Origin: Glaucostegus cemiculus
Lineage: Eukaryota
Direction of reading: 5' to 3'
Assembly: GCA_976551045.1 (NCBI GenBank)
Contig: CDPCPM010000012.1
Location: 682,001 to 746,000, forward strand
DNA: 64,000 bases
The position numbers were made by a program, and so were the translations under genes. Shown one piece after another: positions 52,501 to 64,000 of this stretch (its first letter is position 1; each line of letters begins with the position of its first letter). The notes beneath the pieces are model-generated. The model saw only the letters and a list, made by a program, of their open reading frames with translations. It was not told where the DNA came from and searched no databases.

Positions 52501-53230
52501 GCATCCAAAGTATAAATTACCTCTAATTTCTAATTTACATATCTTCTTACATCTCACTTCAATTCAGTGGTAATGCATTTAACTTAATTATATTTACTAA
52601 GTGTAGATTTGAAACTTGGTCAGGCAATCTGGATGTGAGACATTTAAAGGAACACTCCAGAAGTGATTGTATTTTTACTTTTGTTATAACTTTTGTACTT
52701 TACCTTCAAAACTCATCTTCGCCTCACTTATATTTTTAGTTCACTTGACTAAAAGCAAAATAGTTACATAACATACTTAACGGTAGAAGACAGTTGAATT
52801 TTGATTGTCAGACTTTCTAACAATGAAAATTGGTACTCCCATTACTTCAACTGTAGATGTGAGAGTTTTATGATTTTAAATTATGCTCTGCAAATATGCC
52901 TCTGTTTTTACTTGGCTTTCTCAGTCCAACAACCAGACTTCCTGACAATAAAGCTTTATAAAGTGGCAGGGAAGTGAGTCCACTGAATCCAAGTTTATTC
53001 AGACCAAGAAAATGTTCCTGACAATATGGAAATGGCCAAAACATAATCAGCAGGATTATTTTAGCAAACTGAGAACATTTCGATTTGTACATCCTGAAGT
53101 TTTCCTTTAAGTTGAATGCTGATGGTTATGATAAAATGTGATACCTTGACTCTAACTGTAGCAAATTTAGTCATCATGTGTAAAATCCATCAGCATTCAA
53201 CTCAAAATATATCAAAAGAGGTGTCCTTAC

Positions 53231-53372
53231 TTTACAGGTTCCCATGATTCTCGGTCAAAGCCCCTGTGAATCGATTGTGCAATTGATGACTCCATCAAAT
53301 CGACATATCTAACCACAAGAGGAGCGAAGACATCTTGAAGGTGTTTGTGGAACTTTCCATTCAACAGATTAT
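53231..53372 (-). CDS. CADPS: CADPS 142-nt exon: (Y)[46 protein letters not shown](K/N)
   Basis: aattttag|AT...AA|gtaagg, phase 1-2. Confidence 0.97.
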
Positions 53373-53582
53373 CTAAAATTGGGAATTAAGAAACAGATTT
53401 ATAAAGCTATATTAATGGGAACACAGAAAGATCAGGAACACAGTTAGACCATTCAGCCTCTCATGTTTTCTCTGTCATTCACTTAGGTCTTTGGCAATCT
53501 GTTTCTAGAATCTATTTTGCTGTTGTTTCTTCATTGTCCTTTAAACTTATGTTTTGACTGAAGTCTACCAAAAAGATTCACT

Positions 53583-54395
53583 AGCAACACACAAAATGCC
53601 GGAGGAACTCAGCAGGTCAGGCAGCATCTATGGAGAGAAATAAACAGTCAACATTTCGGGTTGAGACCCTTCATCAGGACTGAAAAGAAGGCAGAATAAA
53701 AAGATCAGGGGAGGAGGAGCAGCACGAGCTGGCAGGTGATAGGTGAGTCCAGGTGAAAGGGGGAAGATGGCGGGTGGGGGAGGGAGGATGAAAGGGAATG
53801 ATGTAAGAAGCTGAGAGGTGATAGATAGGAGAGGACAGTAGACCATGGAGTAAAGGAAAGGAGTTGGGGGATGGGGGGGAGGTACTGAACAGGTCATGAG
53901 GGCATCAACATCGATTTCTCTAACTTCTAGTAACCCCTCCCTCTTGTTCCTCCCCCCTTTGTTTTCCCTCATTCCTGTGGCCCCCTCCTCTTTCCCCTCC
54001 CCCACCCTCATGACCTGCCCACCACCTCCCTCCTATTCCCCATTTCCTTCCATTTATTCCATGGTCTACTGTCCTCTTTGATTAGATTCCTCCTTCTTTG
54101 GCGTTTTGCCTCTTCCACCCGTCACCTCTCAGCTTCTTACAACACTCCCTTTCATCCTCCCTCCCCACCTCCCTGTCACCTGGACTCACCTATCACCTGC
54201 CAGCCCGTGCTCCTCCCCCTCCCCCTACTATTTTATTCTGGCTTCTGCCCTCTTCCTTTCCAGTCCTAGTGAAGGGTCTTGACCCAAAACGGCAACTGTT
54301 TATTTCCCTCCACAGATGCTGCCTGACCTGCTGAGCTCTCTGGCATTTTATATGTGTTGCTCCAGATTCTAGCATCTGCAGAATCTCTTGTGCCT
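53583..54395. mobile_element. Penelope-like insertion made of two inverted terminal-repeat copies, 15-bp TSD, inside an old CR1-like fragment
   Basis: TSD ccaaaaagattcact (53568-53582) / ccaacaagattcagt (54396-54410); arms ~53585-53890 and ~54000-54357 are reverse complements. Confidence 0.85.
53645..53682 (-). ncRNA. Minimal type-I hammerhead ribozyme motif (Penelope-type)
   Basis: CAGUC-CUGAUGA-A-GGGU(CUCA)ACCC-GAAA-UG-UU-GACUG: core intact, 5-bp stem I, 4-bp stem II, vestigial stem III. Confidence 0.7.
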
Positions 54396-55244
54396 CCAAC
54401 AAGATTCAGTGTCCAGTTTTGCAAGTGTATGAGGAAGAGAACCTCACTTTTCCACCACACTCTGCACAAGGAACTGTTTTCTGATTGGCTCCTCAGTGCC
54501 CTGGTTTCAATGTTAAGATTATTCTTGATTTTTCTCAAATAATTTCTCAGTATTTACCAAATCAAAGCCTTCGAATATTTTAAGCAACTTGATCAGATCA
54601 CCTCTCAATTCTTTGTACTGAAGAGAATACAAATCAAGTCTATACGACCTGTCATTATTTAACTCTATTAAACTTTTGTGTCATTCTGCTGACTCTGTGA
54701 TGGATCTTTTTCATGACCAGTTTAATAACATTAGGTTATAACTATCTGAAGAATATAAAAGGTTGACTGGACTTAAAAAACATTTTTAGGATGTTTAAAA
54801 AAATAGCATTTTTAGCAGGGAAGCCATCAGCAGACAGGAGTGCCATCGTGCTGGCCAGAAAACTCTTCCTGGTTTCACATCAAAATGTAGAAATATTATG
54901 ACTTACCATTTTGGTGTTGCCTTACCTGAAAGTGAACTGAAGTTAGGGTAACGCTGCTTCTGCTCCCTCAGGCTCAATTTCCCCAACCTATGCAATAGCC
55001 CGCAAACCAACCCTCCCCACCCCCCCCACGAAGGACTTACTTTGGGGTCTGCTTGAAAGTGGTCCAGCCTAATACCAAGTTGGACATTTTATGGTCTCTG
55101 CAATTGTGCCCCATTTTCCACCACGAAAGACAGAATTGCTACAACATCATTAATCTAGTCATTGTTACAATAAAAATTAAGAATTAATCAAGAAAATAAA
55201 AATTGAACAGCATAGAATTTTTTTTAGTAAAATACAATACATAC

Positions 55245-55401
55245 AATCACTCCTCAGGAAATCATTTAGCAGCTGAAATAGTGGGAAGCTGTCCCAGGTA
55301 TCCGGGGCCTGTGTCTCCAATACACCGTCCATGTCCACGGCAAAGAGTGAGAGGAAGGTCTCTGCGTGTTCAACCATCAAATCAGACCACCAAGCAAAAG
55401 C
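55245..55401 (-). CDS. CADPS: CADPS 157-nt exon: [52 protein letters not shown]
   Basis: ttcaaag|GCT...T|gtatgt; [16 protein letters not shown] matches CAPS1 rather than CAPS2 (WPDLLAEHAEKFWALF, from recall). Confidence 0.97.
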
Positions 55402-57984
55402 CTTTGAAGCATAGAGCCAGAGAGGGAAAAAGAAACAATGCAAATAAAATCTCTCAGATAGTTCACAGAACTTTATAATAATCTGGAACTTGGATCACAT
55501 TTAACTCTAAAGGGTAGGTGTTCATATTAGGGAACCAAAGGAGTTATTGTAAAGAAACAAGCACCCTGATATGTCTGAGAAAGGAAAATATTCTAAATCC
55601 AATTGAGAAGTTGAGTCGTCAGTCTTCTCAAATTTTGTACAACGCAGGATCTTACATTTATTTGCATTTTGAGCAAAGTTTTCCTGTTGTTCTCTTAACA
55701 ATAACTCACTGACGTCATGCCATTTACCAGCTTACTACAAGACAATGCCTCTTTGGGTATATTGGCTATTTTTAGTTTGCACTTCAAATATTCATGCAGC
55801 TGGGGCTTGTGCATGCTTTCCAACGTTCTGGGGAGGTTTCCCATGAGTTTTTGGGAGTTACATTCACATCCTGGGTAACAAAGATGTGAATGTGTTGAAA
55901 ATGCATGCATGTTTGTCCTGTTTTCTGTTGCTGGCTGGTAACATGCAACATGAGTGGTGCCAGCAATGGAATTTTCATACAATAATACTGAGGCAACATA
56001 ATGCCAGGCTCATTTTATGTAGATTGCTTTCTTAATATATATTTTTAAGGTCTGATCTTAAACTAGTCAACACTACACTTTTAGTAGCTGGCTAGCAAAT
56101 TCCAATTAAATTTGAAAATCTGCTTTTTTAAAAAATAATAGAATACTTGGATGATTTTTTTTGCACATATTCCCTCTTTCTGGCTCTGTTGAGATTATTC
56201 AGACAAGAATCTGGCTTGGATGATAAGTCAGTGACTGTGCACATCGCCACAGTTTTATGGTCTCTGGTAACATGCTCTTTGGTTGGGATGCAGGGAGTTT
56301 AAAAATCACAATCTGAATTGGGGCCACTAATAAGTCTCTTCCTATTCTGTCAGTTTAGTACCTCACCTCTGCTTAGTGCTGTTGGCCAGTGACCTAGGTG
56401 AGATTGGTACTTAGCGTTTTAGTAAAATCCAAGAGGAAATGTCAGCCAAGGCTGGATCTCCCAATCTGTGGCTTGGCAAATGGATGGATATCGTTATAGT
56501 GCCTTCATCTAGCTGAAGTAAACTAAATGGCCCAAAATTTACTGGAGCAGGGCATCACAAGTGTATTTCATTTGTTGGATTTCATTTCTTCACCCTTCAG
56601 ATTGAAAGCTTTCTGTGATACAAGTTGATACTGGTCAACAGAGTACCTGGGCCTTTGTCAACAAGCAGAAACAGCTGTATATCACAATTAGCATAAAGAT
56701 TTAAAATTAGAGAAGAAATCAGAGAAAAGACAGAAAAGGAAATAGGGCAAATTAGATTCAAATTAGACGGAGAAAGATAAATAAAGAAAAAGAGAATAGA
56801 AGGAATTGTCATTCAACATAGCATCAAATTCTGGGCTAATAGTGCGAGTGTGAGGGTGATTGCAATAGCCACATATAACCAGTGACCTCCATTTAAAGGT
56901 GTCCATCCTCAAGATTTTAAACTATTTATTGCAAAAAATACATTTTAATATGGGTATTTTACATTTTAAATTACTTCTTTTTTAATTCATGTGTACAATT
57001 TTGAATCCCCCTTTATTGTCCTAAATGGTGTTCAAATTCATTAATCAATCTTGATGCAGGCATATATTTCAGAAAACTCAATAAATAGTGATGATTTATA
57101 AATAATTATGATTATAAACAAGTAGCAGTGTAGCTGCTCCAAATAAATGCACATTTGGTATTCATAACATTTTGTTTGTTCCACAGACACTGCACAGAAT
57201 TACACTGTGCTCATTGATAATGTCTTTATTTTTCTTGTCTACTTGCACTTAAAGTTCAACTTTTGCCAACTGATAACTAGACAAAAATGTTTTTTTACTG
57301 TCAATCATCTTTCACATTCACTATTTGGGTGAATTTACTCATGATGGCAATGCAATACGATTTCGAACTCACAGCAATTTTAAACAAATGGAGAGAAATT
57401 TATCTTCTATGAGATGTGCTGAACATGTGGCAGCTGGGCACTACACTCCTCTTGTGAAATACATTGATTTCATTGATGAGGTTGGTTGTGCCAGTAGACT
57501 TTTAACTGGAAAAGTTGGAAGTCCTCTCTTGCTCACATGCTGTGAAGCTTTGATTCCATGGTATGCCTATTTTTTTGCAGTAAAATCCATGTCTGGAAGT
57601 CAGTCTGATAATCAGGTTAGCTTCCAGTTGTTCATAGAGTCCAGACCAGACCAAAGCTCCTGGTTTTTGGTCCGATCTGAGCTCAGATTATGTGCTCTGA
57701 CAATGTGGACTTTGGCTGGGTCTGAGGGGCAGGACAAAGCACTTCTGCTCTTTCTGACCTCTCCCGCCACAACAATGAAGCAAAGTTGTGGGGGATGGGG
57801 AATCTCTGTCATGCCCAGGTGGGATTAATAGAGACTTGCACAGGTTTGATTATCCAATTTTCATTTGGAGGCTGTCCCTTTATACTTGGTCACAGTCCAT
57901 ACATTGTATGTACTAGAATGTTAAAATAATATATCAAGTTTTCCTTAGGTTTCTCTGAAATGTAAGACAACAAAGCTCTCCATA

Positions 57985-58733
57985 CCCAGTTGAAGCAGTA
58001 TCTAGACAACATTCCAGTGTCACGGAAGTACAGGTTATGACCATGTCTAACAAGAGATAGAGTCTAACAACCTCCTCTTAACATTCAATGATGTTTGCAT
58101 TGTTAATTCTCTCATCATCAACATCCTGTAGGATACCACTGACCAGAAACTTAACTGGACCAGCCACATAAACACTGTGGCTGCAAGAGCAGAGACTGTA
58201 GTGAGTAACTTATCTTCAGACTCCCTGAAGACTTTCCACCAATCATAAAGAACAAGACAGGAGTGTTATGGAATACTCTCCACCTGCAGGGATGAGTGCA
58301 GCTCCAACCACACTAAAAAGCTCGATACCATCCAGAAAAAGCAGTATGTTTGATTGGTGCCCCACCTATTACCCTAAACATTGGCTCCCTCCGCCACCAG
58401 TGCACCATTGCCTGGTGTACATTGTCCACAAAACACACTGGAGTTACTCACTTAGGCTATTCTCACTGCATCTCTCAAACCCATGCCCCCTACCACGAGC
58501 ACGGGAACGCTACCATCTGACTGCACACATTATCCAGAATTTAACTATAATTGTTGTTCCTTCATTGTTGCTGAGTTTAAATCCTGGAATCCCCTCATAA
58601 CAGCATTGTTTTAGCACTTACATCAGAAGGCAAAAAAGGCAGCCCACACCACCTTCTCAAGGGCAATTTTGGATGTGGAATGGGGAATAAATGCCGGCCT
58701 TGCCAGTGATGTCTGAATCCCATAAATAAATAA
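57985..58733 (+). mobile_element. CR1-group LINE 3' fragment, same family as 19660-21420
   Basis: gaccagaaacttaactggaccagccacataaa; MEYSPPAGMSAAPTTLK; tail caccttctcaagggcaatt...aataaatgccggccttgccagtga. Confidence 0.8.
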
Positions 58734-60784
58734 GAAACAGCCAGGCTGATTTGAAATAAACACCTAACTGCATAATTCCTTCAAAGTCAAATCCAAGAAG
58801 AATGAGTAACTATTTTCAAAAATATTTATGAAGTGCCTGATGGAATTTCAAGAGAATAAGATTTATCAAGTACTAACACCTCCAACACCTAATGAATATA
58901 AAAAATAGGAGTGTCTTAGCCTGGTAATTCTACCACATGGCACAATGTCTTTCGTGTACTACAAGATAGATTGTTTAAAGAAAATCTCGATCACTAGATG
59001 TGACTGGGCACTTTGAGCAACAGTCGCATACTTCCTAAAATCTTCCAAGTGGATGCTGAACATATGCAGAGGCTACTGGGCTGATGTCCTCAGGCTTCCC
59101 TGACTGACAGCCATCCTTTGATTGTCTTCATAATTGATCCTCCTATCCCTTGATCATCTACATACTCAATGCCACCCTCTGAATATCACCCAAACAATAT
59201 CACTCCCATCATCTGATCATCTTACTAGGTGAATCTCTAATCATCTTCATGGCCTCGGCTATAACTGTTGGCAGGAGAGTGTGGAAGGGGGAAATGGAAG
59301 GAGATGATTCTATTATCGGGTCCTCTTTTCTTAACGGTGACACCACAGCACTGTTTCCATTACACCAGTGGGAAATATCACACTTTCTCCATGATACAGA
59401 AACTATTGCATAGGTTGATATTTGTGGCTAGATTCAGTTTTAAAACAACTATGAATCAACTTTTGTCTGTAAAATCAGCTGTGAACTTAGTTTCTGGGAT
59501 GCCTTTGCAAACCAGCACAACAATAATGCTACTTAATATCCTGCTATGGAGGCTCAATCAGGAAGATTCATTACTGGAAAGTTAACTCATATGTATAGAT
59601 GTCTGATACAGTGGAGCGCTTCTTTTAATGAAATGAATTGCATATATTTTACTATAATTTTTACATTTGCCTTTTGTTTTCAAATAGCAATTACAGCAGC
59701 TCTGTCCCCTTTCTAGGGTTCTTAGTTATGTTTTTCTTTCCTTCTGTTGTGATTGTATTGAGTTCTGCTGAGGTACATCTAGGACTACATCAATACCACA
59801 TTTAAATGGCCAATACTTTTTTCCAAGTGGCCAAACTTCATTTCTAAGTGCCCATTTATTAAAATAAGCATGCATAGCAAATGATAATAGGCTATTTTGC
59901 AATGGTGGGTTCATTGCTGAAGGCAGTTTCATAAAGTTCCTATATGCAGTATTTTAATAGAGGTGCTAATCTGATCATGTGCTATTAATCAAGCTGCTTA
60001 ATTTCATAGAAGTACTATCCAGAGTTCTTATTGTTCATTTTTCAATCATTTTGTCCAAATCACTATTTTTAGTTAACTACATTATCTTGCAACAATATGG
60101 TGGAATGCATGACTCATTACCCATATTCACACTGGTAGAAATAGTAAACATATTTTACTCTTTTTAAGATGGAGTTCCTACTCACACCAAAATGATTCCA
60201 TATTTAAGAAATTAACAATCAGTTGCATTTGAACTGATGCTACGTTCTACATTGTAAAACAAAATTCAATTCCTGCTTTCAGGGTAAAAGTTCATCCTTC
60301 ATCTTCTGTGCTAAAAGTGTACAATAACAAAGGTCCATTGTAAATGGTCTTCAATATTTGCCTCCATTGATGTCAATGGAGCCAAATTTCAGAAGCAGAA
60401 AATAAAGAGCAGCTACCACAATGTATGCACATTTAGCACAAGAGGCTAAGAACAAATTCCTTCTCTAATCTACAAAGACAAATATAGTGGATTTAGGGAA
60501 GTTTCCAGTAGGTAAAGACTGGTGGGATGATGCAGCTCCTGTGCTTGATACAACATCCAACAGTACATGCAGAGGCTGTTTAGCCAGCCCAAGCAAACCA
60601 TTTCAGATACCAAGTCTAAACAACAGTTTTGCAAGCACTGTGCTGACAGTTGGTAGTAGACTGCTTTGAAGAAGAGTAAGAGCAGGGAAGGCCAAGGTAA
60701 AATCCCAATAGGAAGGATGATATCTTTAGGACATGCATGAGACATATGGGGAGGTGACTCATTTCACTCAGTTTAGTCACATAC

Positions 60785-60793
60785 CTCTTTTCC
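60785..60793 (-). CDS. CADPS: CADPS 9-nt microexon (GKE)
   Basis: attaccacag|GGAAAAGAG|gtatgt, phase 0-0, giving HHAE-GKE-AFAWW; equivalent to GRE in CAPS2 (from recall). Confidence 0.85.
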
Positions 60794-62329
60794 CTGTGGT
60801 AATCCAACAATGATTGAACAGTAGGGAGGAAATTTGAATATGCAAATCAAATATTAGTTGGGACCGGTGCATTAATTTTGTAGCAAATAATAAAGGCACT
60901 ATGGATTCAATACTCCAGTTTCACACTTTTCTCTGGTTAACATGAATACAATCTCTATAGAAAGTTAAATTTAATATCAAAATGTATAAATAAACAGCAA
61001 AGAAAATGACACCAGAAAAGGTAGCAACATAAAGCTCTTAAAAATAAAAGATATTGTTAACACCAAACATCTGTTAATGTTATGGTAAGTGGGAGGAAGC
61101 GTCTTTGTTGAATTCACATATTGCAATAATTATTTGGAAAAAATTATCAAATTACCTTTTATATGTTTCAGTGTGTAGTAGGTAAACTATGAGTTCACAC
61201 ATGCTCAAATAGTGTGTGTAAAAGGCAGCATATTCTATTATTATGTTTATCAGTCTGATAGAGCCGGAGATTTTGCTGAAACAAATAAGCTATTTCAACA
61301 TTGAATATTATCACATTGTTGAAATACTGAAATGTTACTATTTTGCTTTCACTATGTTCACATATGAATTATCAAAGTTGTAAAGAGTGATGTGTCCCCT
61401 CAGTAAGGAGAGCTTGAAGGGAAGCTATATTTGCACAGAGTATTAACATTGTAATCCTGATTTTCCATGAAGTCCCTGCAAATGTTGGAAGCATGCAATT
61501 TTGAAATAGCTGCTAAGTACCAACAGTTTTGGACCATCAAGGCGATTGAAATTTAGTTATTTCCTACTCAGAAATTATTTCAAAGTTTAGTTATTTGTCA
61601 ATGTTAAATTTCATGTGAAATTTTAAAGCAGTCTGGAATTCTGGAAGACAATAGCAAGAATTTGGATGGAAACAGTTGAATATTGCTAGTGATGTTAGCA
61701 GCTGCTAACTACATCTTTTGTAATCATCTTGCCCATGCAGTTTAAAAAAAAGTATGTTTTTTTTCAAAGAGACTTCTGTATCAGTATTTCACTTGAGAAG
61801 ATCACTAGCAGAAGTTGCAGAGAAAATTCACAATACTTTATATTCTAACATGGTCATTCACCTGTCTTGGGAGATTAAAAACTTGGAAGTATCCACCTAA
61901 AAGATCTAATGGAAGGAATGAAATTGATGTAGTCAATGAACATTTTTCGATCCATACCATGTTTAGACCAGGTACTTAGATGTTCCTCGGGTATAAGATG
62001 GCTATAACAAAGGTACATGATTTCATCTGGTCATTATACTTAACACCAAAATTAGAGCAGAAAATGTTTTTGTTATTTCAGGCAAGAAATTTTAAAATTA
62101 TAGCTTTAAGTTTTCATTGTAAGTATCAATCAAGAGAACATATTCCTGTCATGCTTATCATGTTGTTTCTATAGCAACTTCTACTCTCCATCTAATTAAG
62201 ATTATTCAATATGATTGGATGATAGAGATATTAAGAGATTATGGAACTAATTTTATCTATCAGGCAACATCCTTAAAATAGCTTCAAACCATATAACTTA
62301 GTCTGTAAGCTATTAAGTGTAACACTCAC

Positions 62330-62436
62330 CTCTGCATGGTGCTCTTCATTTTGCTGCAGCACCTCAATAACCAGTTCAGCAAGACGAATTGTATCTTCCA
62401 GTTTTTTGGCAGGAGTGACTAACTGTCCTACATTTT
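62330..62436 (-). CDS. CADPS: CADPS 107-nt exon: (E)[35 protein letters not shown]
   Basis: caccacag|AA...GAG|gtgagt, phase 1-0. Confidence 0.97.
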
Positions 62437-63266
62437 CTGTGGTGAACAGTATTACAAATGAGCAATATAATAAAAAATAACTTTTCTCCAATTTGCACTT
62501 CTTATTTAAGAAGCCAATACCTAAGTATATTTACTTTTACCTTTTTTAGTATTTTTAGAATACATACTTGACATAAACATTTTACTAGAAATTAGATAAA
62601 ATATACTGCAATGTTTACTCCAGTTTAATAAAATTGCACAATGCTCCAGCTAGTATATTATCCAGGGGATAGGACTATACTCAAGTTCTGATTTTAATAT
62701 ATCTTATATAAATCAGCAATTTGTAAATATACGGTAGAACATTTATCTGGATGAAGCAGTCCAATTCCATTCCTATAAATTCCTAATTTTTTCTCTTTGA
62801 TGTACACATATTTTGGGGGAAAGGTGGAATTTGGATGGTAAGCTTCACAAAAACAGTTTAATAAATAGAAAGGCAACATTTCAAATGAATAACCAGAACA
62901 ATAAAGAAACTATCTAACTGGAGCACAGTTGGCTGCCAATAGGATATTACTGTACAACAGTGTTTTATAAAAGCACTTCATCATGCAGTATGTTATGCAG
63001 CAACACTGTTAGTTTGTGCTGACATTTATATTTGTGAATGTTGCGTGCACCAAATGCTTAACAAAAATGGCAAAGTATTCTTTTCCTATGCTCTAACTAG
63101 AAATTTAACCAATCATTACAATGAAATAGCAAATTCTTGTTTAAGTTTATATCAGACCATATATTTCTGTAACAAACTCAACGTAACCAAGGTAAATAAA
63201 AGAATTATAAAAAACAACAAGCTACAGAAGAACTTAAATAACTGAAATAAAAAGCTGTAACAGTAC

Positions 63267-63368
63267 TTGGTATTTGTTTAGGCATGCCTCTGATTCTCTG
63301 ACTAAGACTGTTTTGCCGCGTTTTTATGGGTGGAGGTGCAGGCGGTGGCTTAGGCCAAGATCGTCGTG
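63267..63368 (-). CDS. CADPS: Candidate 102-nt proline-rich CADPS cassette exon: (A)RRSWPKPPPAPPPIKTRQNSLSQRIRGMPKQIP(K)
   Basis: Pyrimidine tract then tgcatgacag|CA...CCAA|gtactg; symmetric phase 1-1, matching the phase-1 acceptor at 62436; stop-free and CpG-retaining. Confidence 0.7.
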
Positions 63369-64000
63369 CTGTCATGCATGAGTGAAAGAGACAGGAAAAG
63401 TAAGCAAGCAGGTGACTGAACGAGCAATGGTACAAGTAATGAAAAAGTCAAAATAGTGAAAGAAACATTAAGCATATTCATGACATTTCAAGAGATACTT
63501 CTGTAACTGCTAACGACAGTTGTAGCTAAATGTTTCTAAAGATCTCAATAATGTACCGTATAGCAGATATTTTAAGCACATGACATGAAATTTGTCAATA
63601 TCAGATCAAAGGATATGCCGGAAAAAATAGCAATCTTGTTTAAAATTTTGCTTATCTTTTTTAATTTAATTGGGTTAAATAGCGCAGTTCACTCAAATTC
63701 TCAGATATACGGTTTTCTTTAAAGAAACTATCAGAAGTTAGTAATGAAATGGCATAAGAAATCATAGCTTTAACAATAATTCCACCCTCAAAAATAGCCA
63801 TCAAATCTATAATTAAATCAGGTATTTTGTTTGTCAGTTACTTTGATTTTGTTCATTGTTCCTTTCTTTCAACAAGTGCAACTAGGACCCAATGGGGATC
63901 TTTTCAGCTTCGCTGCATGGACAATAATCCAGCATAAAGGATTACTTAACTCATTGCAGAACCCACTGGATATACATCCTATTGAAAAGATTGAATCAAG

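Noticed and set aside
57325-57828. 167-aa plus-strand ORF antisense to CADPS
   Set aside because: Non-ATG start, no recognisable domain or splice support; compatible with chance
1-64000. Prokaryote-type systems (CRISPR, operons, defence islands) and assignment to CADPS2
   Set aside because: The DNA is spliced vertebrate sequence with no repeat-spacer array; diagnostic residues match CAPS1

Overview
AT-rich vertebrate genomic DNA. The repeat families (HE1-like V-SINEs, Deu-domain SINEs, CR1, Rex1/Babar, Penelope-like pieces) point to a cartilaginous fish, probably a batoid; this is inference. The whole window lies inside one minus-strand gene, the 3' half of CADPS (CAPS1, Ca2+-dependent secretion activator 1). 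I read nine core exons with GT-AG boundaries and compatible phases, running from [12 protein letters not shown] to [10 protein letters not shown], plus the known-type 135-nt NLPNV cassette. The last two canonical exons were not found and probably lie left of the window. The notable layer is RNA processing. It includes a 9-nt GKE microexon with downstream UGCAUG sites, candidate 12-nt and 6/28-nt microexons, a 102-nt proline-rich cassette, and a candidate alternative terminal or poison exon. The codon matching the mammalian CAPS1 E1250G A-to-I recoding site sits beside a complementary intronic segment that can instead fold into a competing hairpin. Introns hold Penelope-like insertions with 15-bp TSDs; one keeps an intact minimal hammerhead-ribozyme core in the pre-mRNA sense. 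Almost all tracked ORFs are spurious or TE fragments. Repeat coordinates are approximate and no database search was run. I see no evidence for a wholly new protein system.
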